From Paracoccaceae bacterium (GTDB taxonomy: Bacteria; Pseudomonadota; Alphaproteobacteria; Rhodobacterales; Rhodobacteraceae), in NCBI GenBank assembly GCA_965221405.1, contig CBDCSE010000003.1, positions 209,480 to 273,479 of the forward strand: 64,000 bases of DNA. The letters are read 5' to 3'. The notes under the pieces were generated by a model. The model searched no databases and had not been told where the DNA came from. It saw nothing but the letters and a program-made list of their open reading frames with translations. The position numbers and the translations under genes are program-made. The stretch's first letter is position 1; each line of letters opens with the position of its first letter. Below, one piece after another: positions 37,467 through 48,300 of this stretch.

Positions 37467-39263
37467 ATGCAGATGCGATCCTTACTGTATTCCCTCGCTC
37501 TTGCCGCACTCGGTATTGGTGCCGCGGTTCCTGTGCAGGGTCAGAACGGGCCTGTCCCAATCGTTAGGCAGGACTGCGCATATTCCGGCAATCGAACCGA
37601 GGCTCCCGGAGTGGCTGAGACAGTTCCGTCACGGATTGCCGCTGGGTCATATCTGTCCGCGCATCACGCCTGTCTCTTCGCCGACTACCGAACGGCGGCG
37701 GATCGATATGCACTGGCTTTGGCGGAAGATCCACACAACCCGGTGCTGATGGAACGCGCTGCCATGGCGTATCTCGGACTTGGCCAGATCGACCGGGCGG
37801 TCGCCGCCGCACGTGAGCTGGCGGGGCATTCCGGTTCGAACTCGGTTGGGGGTATGGTGCTTCTCGCCGAAGCTTTCAAGCGTGGCGATTTCCAGAAGGT
37901 GCTTGAGGTTCTCGAGTCCGATGGGCAGGAGACCCTTATCGATGGCCTTCTGGTCGCGTGGGCGAAACTGGGACAGGGCCGGATGTCCGAGGCTCTCGAG
38001 GACTTCGATGCAACTGTCGCCAGGCAGGGAATGGAAGTGTTCGGACTTATGCACAAAGCGCTCGCCCAGACGCTGGTGGGTGACTATGAGGGTGCCGAAG
38101 CCATACTGTCGGATCTTGATCGGCGTGGCGAACTGGGCCGCGATGGTATCGTGGCGTTCGCTCAGGTTCTGGATCAGCTTGGGCGCGGTTCCGAGGCGCT
38201 TGATCTCCTTAAGAGGAGTTTTGGCGGGGCATTGGATCCGAAAGTGGAAAGTCTCAAGAGCCGGCTGGTCGAGAAGAACGCCACCGGCTTCGATTCCGTG
38301 CGTAATGCCACGGACGGAGCGGCGGAGGTTTATTTGCATATCGCCAACCTGCTACAGATGGATGGAAGTGTGCGTGCCCATCACATCCTTAGGTACAGCC
38401 GGATCGCCGAATACCTAAACCCCGACAATGTCGATGCCATGCTGCTGAGTGCCGATCTCCTGGTAACGCTCAACCGCTATGAACTCGCTACGGAAACCTA
38501 CAACCGTGTTCCCCGCGACCACCACTCGTTCACAACTGCGGAAATCGGCCGTGCGGACGCGCTTCGCGCGTCCGGTCGTACTGAGGCGGCCGTGGAAGTC
38601 CTCGAGCAGCTTGCGGAGGTCGCGCCGGAAGCGCCGGATGTGCGCATCGCTCTCGGACATACCTTTCGTGGCCTGGAGCGTTATGAAATGGCAAAGGATG
38701 CATATGACGCGGCCATGGCGCTTTACGAGGACTCAGGTAACGATCCGAGCTGGCGCCTGTATTTCGTGCGCGGCATCACACACGAGCGCGAAGGGCGTTG
38801 GGAGCAGGCCGAGGCCGATTTCCGCGGGGCGCTGGAGTTGGAGCCCGGTGAACCCGATGTTCTCAATTATCTGGGTTACAGCTTTGTCGAGATGGGCATC
38901 AATCTGGACGAGGCTCTTGCAATGATCGAGAAAGCCGCTGCGGCAAGGCCGGAAGCCTACTATATCATAGATAGTCTGGGTTGGGCGCATTACCGTATGG
39001 GGCGGTATGAGGAGGCGGTGATGAATCTGGAACGCGCCGTTGAACTCGGACCGGTCGATCCCGTTGTCAACGACCATCTCGGCGATGCTTACTGGGCTGT
39101 GGGCCGCCGGTTTGAGGCTGAATTCCAGTGGAGACGGGCGCTTTCGTTCGACCCAGAGGAAGAGGATGCCCGACGCATCCGCCGAAAGCTCGAGATAGGG
39201 CTGGATGCGGTCCTTCAAGAGGAAAGCGTATCGTCACTGGAGCCTTTGGTCAAGGATGGCTGA
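37467..39263 (+). CDS. secreted tetratricopeptide-repeat protein
   Basis: Signal-like N-terminus MQMRSLLYSLALAALGIGAAVPVQG, followed by many TPR-like units (..EAEADFRGALELEPGEPDVLNYLGYSF.., ..YEEAVMNLERAVELGPVDPVVNDHLGDAY..). Confidence 0.75.
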   Translation: MQMRSLLYSLALAALGIGAAVPVQGQNGPVPIVRQDCAYSGNRTEAPGVAETVPSRIAAGSYLSAHHACLFADYRTAADRYALALAEDPHNPVLMERAAMAYLGLGQIDRAVAAARELAGHSGSNSVGGMVLLAEAFKRGDFQKVLEVLESDGQETLIDGLLVAWAKLGQGRMSEALEDFDATVARQGMEVFGLMHKALAQTLVGDYEGAEAILSDLDRRGELGRDGIVAFAQVLDQLGRGSEALDLLKRSFGGALDPKVESLKSRLVEKNATGFDSVRNATDGAAEVYLHIANLLQMDGSVRAHHILRYSRIAEYLNPDNVDAMLLSADLLVTLNRYELATETYNRVPRDHHSFTTAEIGRADALRASGRTEAAVEVLEQLAEVAPEAPDVRIALGHTFRGLERYEMAKDAYDAAMALYEDSGNDPSWRLYFVRGITHEREGRWEQAEADFRGALELEPGEPDVLNYLGYSFVEMGINLDEALAMIEKAAAARPEAYYIIDSLGWAHYRMGRYEEAVMNLERAVELGPVDPVVNDHLGDAYWAVGRRFEAEFQWRRALSFDPEEEDARRIRRKLEIGLDAVLQEESVSSLEPLVKDG

Positions 39264-40062
39264 GGCATTCGCATATGCCAAAGTCAATCTGACACTTCAC
39301 GTAACCGGCCGACGGACCGACGGGTATCATCAGCTCGATTCGCTTGTGGTATTCGCCGATATCGGCGATCGTCTATGGTTTCATGATGCGCGCGAGCTAT
39401 CGGTTGAGGTCACCGGGCCATTTGCCGATGGTGTTCCGGAAGACCGCCGTAATCTGGCTTGGCGGGCGGCATGTGCCGCTGGAGCCAGATGCAGGATCGT
39501 GCTGGAAAAGAACCTTCCCCATGGCGCGGGCCTCGGTGGCGGATCCGCCGACGCCGCAGTGGTGCTCCGTAAGTTCGATCGTCCTGACGCCGCCGCGTCG
39601 ATTGGGGCCGACGTACCCGTCTGTCTTTGGACTGGGCCACAGAGAATGCGGGGTATCGGTGATGATCTGGATCGTTTGACCGGGATTCCGGCCTGTCACC
39701 TTGTTTTGATTAATCCCGGTCTTTCCATTGCGACCGGCGAGGTTTTCGGGTCGCTTCGCCGGACTGACCACCTAAGCATGGGGGTTCTCCCAGACTGGCC
39801 CGATCCGGCGAGTTTCGCGGCCTGGCTGGGCGAACAGCGCAATGATCTGGAAGAGGCCGTTGTCCAGCTCGTTCCTCAGGTCGGCGAGGTGCTGTCCGCG
39901 CTGTCCGGCGCAATGGTCGCGCGCATGACCGGTTCGGGAACGTCTTGCTATGGCCTTTACCCTGATCGGGACGCTGCCAAGCTGGCGGCGGCGGAAATCT
40001 CGGCGGCTCGCCCGCACTGGTGGGTGCGGGATACCGTAACCATTGACGCCCGGGTCAATTGA
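39256..40062 (+). CDS. ispE: 4-diphosphocytidyl-2-C-methyl-D-erythritol kinase
   Basis: MAEAFAYAKVNLTLHVTGRRTDGYHQLDSLVVF...KNLPHGAGLGGGSADAA (GHMP kinase motif)...MTGSGTSCYG. Confidence 0.88.
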   Translation: MAEAFAYAKVNLTLHVTGRRTDGYHQLDSLVVFADIGDRLWFHDARELSVEVTGPFADGVPEDRRNLAWRAACAAGARCRIVLEKNLPHGAGLGGGSADAAVVLRKFDRPDAAASIGADVPVCLWTGPQRMRGIGDDLDRLTGIPACHLVLINPGLSIATGEVFGSLRRTDHLSMGVLPDWPDPASFAAWLGEQRNDLEEAVVQLVPQVGEVLSALSGAMVARMTGSGTSCYGLYPDRDAAKLAAAEISAARPHWWVRDTVTIDARVN

Positions 40063-41056
40063 GTCGCGCAACCGCATGGTCGGCAAGATCCTGGAGAATA
40101 TCCCGGATTTCGTGCTGCGGTAGTTTCGAGATCGCCTCCCGTGCCCTATGGGCCCATGACAGGGCATCGTACCGGGCTTCCTCCATCGCGTTATGTCGGG
40201 CCAGGCACGACAGCGCATATTCGAGGTCACCGTCACGCTGGGTGCCGCTCTCGATAACCCTTGACCAGAAGTCTCTTTCGTCATGGCTGGCCTTTGCGAC
40301 GGCCTTTATCACGGGCAGGGTCAACTTACGTTGCCGGAAGTCGTCGCCGACATTCTTGCCCGTATCCGTGATGTTGCCTTCGTAATCGAGCAGGTCGTCG
40401 GCGATCTGGAACGCGATGCCCAAAGCGTCACCGTAGTCGAACAGTGCCCTGGCGTGCATTTCGCCCGCTCCGGCGATTTCACCGCCCGCCCGGGTTGCCG
40501 CCGAAAACAATGCGGCTGTCTTGCCCCGGACAATTCTCAGATAGAGGTTCTCATCGGTTCCGAGATCGTGTGAAGCGGTCAGTTGGAGAACTTCACCTTC
40601 CGCGATCAGGGCCGCGGCATTCGAGAGAACGTCGAGCACGCGAAGGCATCCCGTCTCCACCATGAGCTTGAAAGCGCGGGCGAAGAGGTAGTCGCCGACC
40701 AGAATGCTGGATTTGTTGTCCCATAGCAGGTTCGCTGCCGGTCTGCCGCGTCGCCGGACGCTCTCATCCACGACATCGTCATGCAGCAATGTCGCCGTGT
40801 GGATGAACTCAACTGCCGCCGCGAGATTCACATGGTATGTTCCGTGGTAATCGAGCATGTGCGCAGCGGCCAACGTCAGCAACGGTCTGATTCTCTTGCC
40901 GCCCGCCTCCAGAAGATGCGCTGTCACTTCGGGGATCCGCGGCGCATGTTCGGACGACATGCGAACACGAATAAGTCCGCTCACCTCTTCCAGATCGTCC
41001 GCCAGCTTCGCCGCCAGCCGCTCAACCGGGTTCGCTTGCAAACGATCCAGTGCCAT
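40055..41056 (-). CDS. ispB: polyprenyl (octaprenyl-type) diphosphate synthase
   Basis: 333 aa with HTATLLHDDVVDESVRRRG (first DDxxD) and IAFQIADDLLDY (second DDxxD). Convergent 8-nt overlap with ispE. Confidence 0.88.
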   Translation of the reverse strand: MALDRLQANPVERLAAKLADDLEEVSGLIRVRMSSEHAPRIPEVTAHLLEAGGKRIRPLLTLAAAHMLDYHGTYHVNLAAAVEFIHTATLLHDDVVDESVRRRGRPAANLLWDNKSSILVGDYLFARAFKLMVETGCLRVLDVLSNAAALIAEGEVLQLTASHDLGTDENLYLRIVRGKTAALFSAATRAGGEIAGAGEMHARALFDYGDALGIAFQIADDLLDYEGNITDTGKNVGDDFRQRKLTLPVIKAVAKASHDERDFWSRVIESGTQRDGDLEYALSCLARHNAMEEARYDALSWAHRAREAISKLPQHEIRDILQDLADHAVARLN

Positions 41057-41111
41057 TACCGCCCTGCCGGTACTCTCGACAATGTCGTGATCCCTGCTCT
41101 AAACCGGAATC

Positions 41112-41327
41112 ATGAAAGAGCTATTGCGCAGCAATGACCCAACGGTGATCGCCTATGCCACGGCCCTGTTAGAAGGCGAGAACATACAGTCCTTTTTGAT
41201 GGACGTCCATATGAGCGTCCTTGAAGGTTCCATAGGCATATTGCCGCGCCGGCTTCTGGTGTCGGACCGAGATCATTTTCGGGCCATGGCAATCCTGCGT
41301 GACAACGGTGTCGATGCCGGACAGTGA
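41112..41327 (+). CDS. DUF2007-family small protein
   Basis: MKELLRSNDPTVIAYATALLEGENIQSFLMDVHMSVLEGSIGILPRRLLVSDRDHFRAMAILRDNG fits the DUF2007 pattern as I recall it. Confidence 0.55.
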   Translation: MKELLRSNDPTVIAYATALLEGENIQSFLMDVHMSVLEGSIGILPRRLLVSDRDHFRAMAILRDNGVDAGQ

Positions 41328-42081
41328 CCGGAACCTTACCCGGGATGCGTTTCTCGGCGGTCGGCTGCAGGTAAGCCAGCCAGTGCGGGGATACCGTGCG
41401 GGCATTGATCCTGTTATTCTGGCATCGGTGATAGACGCCGCCCCGGGGCAGAAGGTGCTCGACCTGGGATGTGGTGTCGGAGTGGCTTCGCTGAGTCTCG
41501 CGGCACGGATCCCCGGACTCTGGATCACCGGTCTGGAACTGCAGGCGGTTTGTGTGGCTCTCGCCCGGCGCAACGCCGCCGAGAACCGAATGGACATCGA
41601 GGTAATAGAGGGTGACATCCGGTCGATGCCACTGGAGCTACGCCAAAGGCGTTTCGATCACGTGATCGCGAATCCTCCCTATTTTGATCGAACCCGGGGC
41701 ACGTGCTCCTCGACTCCCGGACGGGAAACGGCTCGCGGCGAGGCCATACCCTTGGCGGACTGGATTGATTCGGGTGTGCGACGGTTGTTGCCCAAAGGAC
41801 TTCTGCATGTCATCCAGGCCGCCGAGCGGCTTCCGGAACTGCTGTCGGCCTGTGACGGCAGGGTAGGGGACATGCGTGTTCTCCCGCTCCTTCCGAGACG
41901 GGAGCGGTCGGCGCGGCTTGTAATTCTCCGTGCCCGAAAGGGCGCCCGGGGAAGTTTCCGGCTGCTCGCGCCGGTGGTGCTACATGGCGGCGACCGAAAG
42001 AGTTGCGGGAATGACGGTTATTCGGAGGAAGTCGAAGCGGTGCTACGCGGCGGAGCGGCGCTGGATGTGGACTGGAACTGA
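41314..42081 (+). CDS. class I SAM-dependent methyltransferase (YfiC/TrmN6-like N6-adenine type)
   Basis: VLDLGCGVGVASL (motif I) and FDHVIANPPYF (NPPY motif). The start could be 41299 or 41314. Confidence 0.72.
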   Translation: MPDSDRNLTRDAFLGGRLQVSQPVRGYRAGIDPVILASVIDAAPGQKVLDLGCGVGVASLSLAARIPGLWITGLELQAVCVALARRNAAENRMDIEVIEGDIRSMPLELRQRRFDHVIANPPYFDRTRGTCSSTPGRETARGEAIPLADWIDSGVRRLLPKGLLHVIQAAERLPELLSACDGRVGDMRVLPLLPRRERSARLVILRARKGARGSFRLLAPVVLHGGDRKSCGNDGYSEEVEAVLRGGAALDVDWN

Positions 42082-42343
42082 ACGCTCTGCGATGTTTGGC
42101 CATGGAGTTCCGGAATGGCTGGAGCCGATGTCCGGGTATATCGGTGCTTTCCGGAGAGTTTCCACGCGGAAAGCCCGGCCGCCGCTCAGGCTGACCCAGC
42201 GAAATCTCCGGGGATATCCTGCTGGCCCGGCCCCGTAGATCACCAATTCGTTACCCGTTTGTTGATTCCCGCAACGTTCCGGTGACAGGCCATGTGTTTG
42301 GTGATAGGCTTTTCACGGAAACATAGTGAGGAGAACGGACGAG

Positions 42344-42511
42344 ATGGCATTGGGTTCGCACCTGGAGGAACTTCAGAAGAAACATGAAAATCTCAAAGCC
42401 GAGGTGGAGGACGCACAGCGCCATCCCGGCTTCGACCAGTTGCGTCTCACTCAACTAAAGAAGCAGAAGCTCCGAATCAAGGAAGAGATCCACCGTTTGA
42501 CGGAGGCCTGA
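42344..42511 (+). CDS. DUF465 (YdcH)-family small protein
   Basis: MALGSHLEELQKKHENLKAEVEDAQRHPGFDQLRLTQLKKQKLRIKEEIHRL. Confidence 0.6.
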   Translation: MALGSHLEELQKKHENLKAEVEDAQRHPGFDQLRLTQLKKQKLRIKEEIHRLTEA

Positions 42512-42607
42512 ACAAGTTCACCGCTTGTGGTCGCTGGGCCACTTCGCCCGTGCGTATAGCCGGGTCTTGACCGGGAGGTGCGGGCGAATCACGCGATCCC
42601 GCCCTAC

Positions 42608-42960
42608 ACGGACGTGCGTTCAGATGGTCCTGGACGACCATCACCTCCGCGTCCTTCACTTTCCGGAAGTCCGTGCCCTTGGGCAGGTACCCCCGCGCGA
42701 GGCTGTTGATGTGCCCGTCCGTCCCGCGTTCCCGGGAGTGGCAGGGCCGCGCGAACAGGAACCCCGCACGTGGTCCGCGAACTCCCTGCGGTTGTCGTCC
42801 GTGACCGTGTGGACGGGGAGGAATCCTAGCATGCCTGTCATGGCGGCCCCGACCGCGTCCGGTGTTTTCTGTCGACACGCCGCAGGAGCGTGTACCCCGT
42901 CGTGCGGTCCACCAGGGCCACGAGGGACACCACAGCGCCGCTGTGACCCGCGCCCACGAT
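42608..42960 (-). pseudogene. IS30-family transposase remnant (C-terminal catalytic part, with deletion and frameshifts)
   Basis: DNA aligns with 29090-29455 of the intact IS30. Examples: ..ACTTTCCGGAAGTCCGTGCCCTTGGG.., giving GYLPKGTDFRKVKDAEV, and GAGHSGAVVSLV. It has an internal gap and lacks the N-terminal half. Confidence 0.65.
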
Positions 42961-43137
42961 TGTTTGGAGCTGGTAATGCGGTGCCGCGACCTCGGTGTGG
43001 CCGACCGCATCAAGCGCCATCGCCCGCAGTGCCGGCAGGATGTGGCAGTCGACGTGGCTTCGATACGTCACCCCCGTACTTAGTATGCACGCGCATGAAG
43101 TACCCGGCCAGCGCGGCCACATTCAGCGGAGGTGCAT

Positions 43138-43188
43138 GAAGCGCGGGCGTCGGGGCTTTGCCCCGCTTGATGTGGCGCGATGACGGCC
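43138..43188. repeat. 51-bp direct repeat, left copy (target duplication of IS at 43190-45205)
   Basis: GAAGCGCGGGCGTCGGGGCTTTGCCCCGCTTGATGTGGCGCGATGACGGCC is identical to 45206-45256. Confidence 0.85.
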
Positions 43189-43189
43189 C

Positions 43190-45205
43190 TTGACTTCAGA
43201 CATTTGCGCCCGGTCGTGATCTGCAGACCCCTATATCGCTGGCGTTTGCGGTGGTTCCTTCCGCAAACCGGAATGTAGTGCCCTTTGGCAGTATTTTCCC
43301 TGCGGTTCCCGGAGATCCGCTGTAGATCCTCCGGATCGTGTTCGTTCGCGGGAAACCCCTCGGTGAGAACCGTACCAAGGTGCAGATCGTCACCTCCATC
43401 CGCGATGGCGCCAGGGTCCGCCAGCGGGTTGTCCGCCATGTCGGCACCGCCACCTCGGAGGCCCAGCTCGACCAGCTGATGTCCCTGGGGCGCCTGATCA
43501 TCGAGGAGATCACCGCGGAGGAGAGCCGACAGCCGGCGCTGTTCTCGCCCGGGCAGTTCCACGATCTTCTCGATCAGGTGCCGGCCGCGCGGACGGCCGG
43601 GACCGGTCCCGATCCGTTTGGCGTGGATCTCGCGGACTGTCGCGAAGACCACCGTGCGGGCATCGGGGTGCGCCAGGCCTTTGGCGCGGTCTACGACCGT
43701 CTCGGGTGGGAGGGCCTGTTTGGCTCCCGACGCGGGAGTGCCAGCCGGATGATCCGGGAAATGGTCCTGGCGCGGGTCGCGCGGCCGCAGTCCAAGCGGG
43801 CGATGGTGGCCCGACTGCGGCAGGAGGGGGTGCTGGCGCTGAACCTGGACTCGGTCTATCGCAGCATGGACGCGATCACCGACGCGCGGGTGGACGCCAT
43901 ATGCGCCCTTTCACGGGAGCGGGCGCGGACCCTGTTGCCCGATCCCATCACGGTGGTGTTCTACGACACCACGACGCCCTACTTTGAGAGTGAGCGGGAG
44001 AACGGCCTCCGTTTCAAGGGATACAGCAAGGACGGCAAGCCGCATCGGGTCCAGGTGGTGCTGGCGCTTCTGATCACGCCGGAGGGGCTCCCGGTCGGCT
44101 ATGGGCTGTTTCCCGGAAACCTCTATGAGGGCCACACGCTGGTCAAGGCCCTGGCGGCGCTGGAGCGGCGCCATCCGGAGACCCGGTTCACGCTGGTCGC
44201 GGACGCCGGCATGCTCAGCCGCGCCAACCGGCAGGCGCTGCGGGACCGGGGCACCCCGTATATCCTGGGCGCCCGGCTGAAAGCCTGTCCGAAGGCGCTC
44301 AGGGCGCGGATCCTTGACGTGGCCGCCTACGCGGCGTGGGGACGGTCGGAGTACGCGGACTCGGTGGCCGCCATCCGGGATCTGCCCCTGGAGGACGGGG
44401 GCCGTCTGGTGGTCACCCACTCGCCGCGCCGGGCCCGCAAGGACGCGCGGGACCGCGCCCGCCGGCTCGAGAAACTGCGCAGGAAACTCGACAGGGGCGC
44501 CACCCCGGCCGCGCCCGTCGCGTCGGCCACCGCCCGCTTCCTGGACTTTCCCGAGGGACGCGTCACCATCAACGAGGACAGGATCGCCGCAGCCGCCTCC
44601 TGGGATGGATTGCGCGGCATTGTCGCGTGGGGCTGTGACGCGGAGGATCCACGGGACCTTATAGGCCAATACCGGCGACTGGCGGAGATCGGGGCCTGCT
44701 TTCGCACCAACAGGCACGACCTGCGCATCCGGCCGGTGTTTCACTGGCAGGATCGGCGCATCCGGGCGCACATCGCGATCTGCTACATGGCCTTCTGCTG
44801 CGTGCGGCATCTCCGCTACCGTCTGGCGGCCCGCGGCGTTCCGTTGAGCCCGGCGCGCATCCAGGACGCGCCCGACGCACTGCAGGTCAGCCTTCTCCAC
44901 GAAACCAACGGCACGCGCAGGTTCGGACTGCCCAGTCGCGCCACCCAGGACGCGCAGACCATCTACCGCACGCTGGGCCTGACATGGAACACCGCACCCT
45001 TTCTGTACACACCGCCCCGGAAACCGCATCGCACATCACGCAGGACACAGGGAAAGACCAAACCCTGACGCACCGCAACCCGCCGAGCCGGTCCGGCGAC
45101 CATCCACCGGCGACCAAAGCCCGCCAGGGGCCGAATGTAGTGCCCTTTCAGAAACTGGAAATCAAATGGAATCAGAATCTTGCGCCAGAATATGTCTGAA
45201 CTCAA
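43190..45205 (+). mobile_element. IS1634-family insertion sequence, type B, copy 2 (2016 bp)
   Basis: Collinear with 32085-34100. Differences seen: A/G in ..TTTGGCA(A/G)TATTTT.. and T/C causing V/A in ..EDHR(V/A)GIG... Confidence 0.9.
43338..45068 (+). CDS. IS1634-family (IS4-like DDE) transposase
   Basis: 576 aa, one residue different from the 32233..33963 product. Confidence 0.9.
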   Translation: MFVRGKPLGENRTKVQIVTSIRDGARVRQRVVRHVGTATSEAQLDQLMSLGRLIIEEITAEESRQPALFSPGQFHDLLDQVPAARTAGTGPDPFGVDLADCREDHRAGIGVRQAFGAVYDRLGWEGLFGSRRGSASRMIREMVLARVARPQSKRAMVARLRQEGVLALNLDSVYRSMDAITDARVDAICALSRERARTLLPDPITVVFYDTTTPYFESERENGLRFKGYSKDGKPHRVQVVLALLITPEGLPVGYGLFPGNLYEGHTLVKALAALERRHPETRFTLVADAGMLSRANRQALRDRGTPYILGARLKACPKALRARILDVAAYAAWGRSEYADSVAAIRDLPLEDGGRLVVTHSPRRARKDARDRARRLEKLRRKLDRGATPAAPVASATARFLDFPEGRVTINEDRIAAAASWDGLRGIVAWGCDAEDPRDLIGQYRRLAEIGACFRTNRHDLRIRPVFHWQDRRIRAHIAICYMAFCCVRHLRYRLAARGVPLSPARIQDAPDALQVSLLHETNGTRRFGLPSRATQDAQTIYRTLGLTWNTAPFLYTPPRKPHRTSRRTQGKTKP

Positions 45206-45256
45206 GAAGCGCGGGCGTCGGGGCTTTGCCCCGCTTGATGTGGCGCGATGACGGCC
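45206..45256. repeat. 51-bp direct repeat, right copy
   Basis: Identical to 43138-43188. Confidence 0.85.
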
Positions 45257-45373
45257 GTGGCCCGCTTCCTTGCCTCGTTGGTCGTCAAGACCCCGTAAAA
45301 ACCTCGTGGCGCCCGAACGTCACCCGCTTCAGCTCCGCCGGGCCTCTCGACTGCACCACATAGCAACCGGCAC

Positions 45374-48300
45374 CTACCAGCGGGTGGTAAGCTCGACCCC
45401 GACGGTGTTCTCAGGCGCGGGTGTGCCGCCCGTGCGCCGCGCCGCCCGGACCCCGAACGAGAGGTCGGGTGCGCCCCGCGCCTCAGGCGTCAGTCGCCAG
45501 CCGATGGCGCAGTCGTGTGCGCCGTCCGAGACGCCACAGCTGGCGTGGGGTGCGCCGGTGAAGCGGCCCCCGAGGGCCGGCGTCCCCCAGGACGCCTCGA
45601 TTTCCGTGCGCGGCGCGTCCGCGCCCTCCGTCCGGCCTGCGAGGGGATCGGGCGCGAACAGCGCGTCGAGCCCGCCCTCGGCCCGTCCGCCGAGTGACTG
45701 GCTCACGCCCAGAGACGGCCCGCGCTCCGTTCCCGGCGCGGGGTCCCACACGACCGAGCCCGACAGCCCCTGGTCCTCCAGGCCGCCGTCCGCGTGCGCG
45801 ACGAGCGCACGGCCCGCGAGGTCGAGCGAGAGGCCCGAGGCCGGGTCGCTCCACCCGATCCCGCCGCCGAGCTCGATGCCGAACCCGGTCTCCGCGTCGC
45901 CTCCGTCATGGCGCGCGCCCGCCTCCAGCCGCGGCTTGAGTGCGCCGCCGCTCTCCAGCGCCATGTGCCAGCCGCCCTCCAGCCCGAGCCTGAGCCGCGT
46001 CACGGCGGAGTCCGAGGCCGCCAGGCCGCGGACCCGCTCCGAGGAGGTCCGGGCCCACAGGGCGTCGGACGTGAGCGCCAGCGCCGGGCCGATGCCCCCG
46101 GCGGGGGCCTTGATCAGGTCGCCCCGCAGCCCCGCCGCCGCCATGGTCCAGTTCGTGTTCGCCGACAGCACCTCGCCCGCGCCTGTCGCCAGTGTCACCG
46201 CGCCCGTCCCGCGGCCCGCGGCGCCCCAGAACGTGAGCCGTTCCGAGGTGCGCCAGGCTCCGTAGGGGATCGCTGCCGTGATCCGCGCCTCCACTTGGCC
46301 GCCGCCGTCCGCGCTCCGGTGTGTGCCCGCGCCGCGGCTGTGCGCCAGCGCGACGCCCGCCAGCCAGCGGCCGCGGGCGCGGTCCGCGCCCAGCATGACC
46401 GTCGTCACCGTGCCGTCGAGGGTGACGGCGGTGCCGCTGTCCCGTTCCCCGCCGTCGAACCCGCCCCGCGCCGCCCGGCCCCAGAAGGCGGTCGTGCCGT
46501 CCAGGCCGTCCGCGCCCGAGGTCAGCGTGAAGGCCGTCCCGAGAAGCGCCTCGCCCTCGCCGATGGAGCGCGTCTCCCCGGCCGCGCAGCCGAATGGGTC
46601 CGCGAAGGAATCCTCCGCGCCGTCCGCCTCCGCCGTGACCTCGCGCACGAGCGCGGTCATTGCGCACTCCGCCCCGCGCTCCGTTTCCGCCCCGCCGGCG
46701 TCGCCCCCCGCCGCCTGGCCCGCGCCCAGCGCCCGGCCCGCCAGCATAGCCTCCAGGCCCGGCGTCCGCTGGGCCGCGACGCGGCCCGCGATGCCGTCCA
46801 GCGCCTGCTGCGCCACCGTGCGCCCGAACCGCGCCAGCCAGGCCGCCGGCAGCGGGTCCGAGTTGATGATGGTGCCGGTCGCCCGCGCCCGGGCCAGCGC
46901 CACCCCGTCGGGTCCGGGACCACTCAGCACCAGTTCCATGGTCTCGCTGCCCTCGTCGATGCCGTCGTCGTGCACCATCACCGGAAGCCGGTGCAGCCGC
47001 TCGCCCGGCGCGAACCGGACCGTCCCGCTCACGAGCCGGTAGTCGCCGGGCGAGCGTGCGGTGCCCCGTTCGGTGGTCGCGCGGACGGTCACCGGACCCG
47101 GCGCCGGCCGGTTCAGCGTGATCTCGAACCAGAGGTCCTCCTCGCCCTCGCGCGCCGTGGCGTCGGCGACCGACACCGTCAGCCCGGCGTAGGGATTGCG
47201 GCCTGCCTCGAGCTTCCGGAGCGCCGTGGCCACCGGGTCCCAGCGCTCCGCCGAATAGGTGCCGGCCATGATCTCCGCCTCGTGTGCGGTCATGGGCGGC
47301 GCTTCGCCCTCGATCCCGTCGGTCAGCGCGTGGAGCACGCGGTTCCAGCGCTTCACGTGCTCGGGGCCGTTGGAGGTCTCGGCCGCGTAGCGGCGCACGG
47401 CGTCAATCAGGCTCTGGAGGTCCTGGTCGACGTCCGGCCGCGGATCGGAGCCCGGATCCCCCGGTGCGTCGTCGTCGAGCACGGTCAGCGTGACCGAGGC
47501 GGCCGCGCCGTGGACGAAAGTTCCGTCCCACGGCGCACCCACGGAGACCGTGAGGGTCTCGTCGTCGGCGTCACCGTCCTGGAGGATCGCGATGGCCGCC
47601 TGCGCCTGCGCCTGTCCGTGGTGGATCGTCAGCCCCGTCGGGCACGCGAAGTCCTCCGGCTCGGCGGTGCCTCCGCCGCACGTCAGGGGGATGCGGACGG
47701 GCCGGTGCGCGCCGTAGGGTGCCGTCGCCGTCACCCGCACGGTCGCGCTGCCGCCCTCGGCGACGGTCCCGTGCCGCAGCCCGACCGACACCTCGAGCGG
47801 AGCGGGCATCGCGCCGGTGATGGTGCCGACGGCCCGGCTCGTGTTGACGTCCACGCGACCCATGACCTCCGGCGTGAGCGGGAGCCGGTAGGCGTTGCCG
47901 GGGTCCGCGAGCTCCGCGCCCTTGGGGTCGTGGATGTCCACGAAGAAGGTCTCGCCGGGATCGTTCACGCCGTCGTCGGGGTTCGCCCACACCCTGACGG
48001 TCTTCTCCGTCTCGCCGGGCGCGAAGCGCAGCGTGCCGCTGCCGCTGTCGTAGTCCCTGCCGTCCCACGTGCTGCCGTCCGGCTGCGGGATCAGGACGCC
48101 CCAGGCCTCCCCGCGCACCGTGCGCCACTTCACCTCGACGGGGTCCGGGGACAGCTGCGACAGGCGCACGGGGAACTCCAGGAAACTGCCCTCGGGGCCG
48201 CTGGCGTCCCGGATCGACAGCACGGCGCCCCAGGCGGCCGTCGCCGACACCGCGCCGGCCGGGGCCGTGTTCAGGCCGTCGCTGGCCGCATCCGCCGCCA

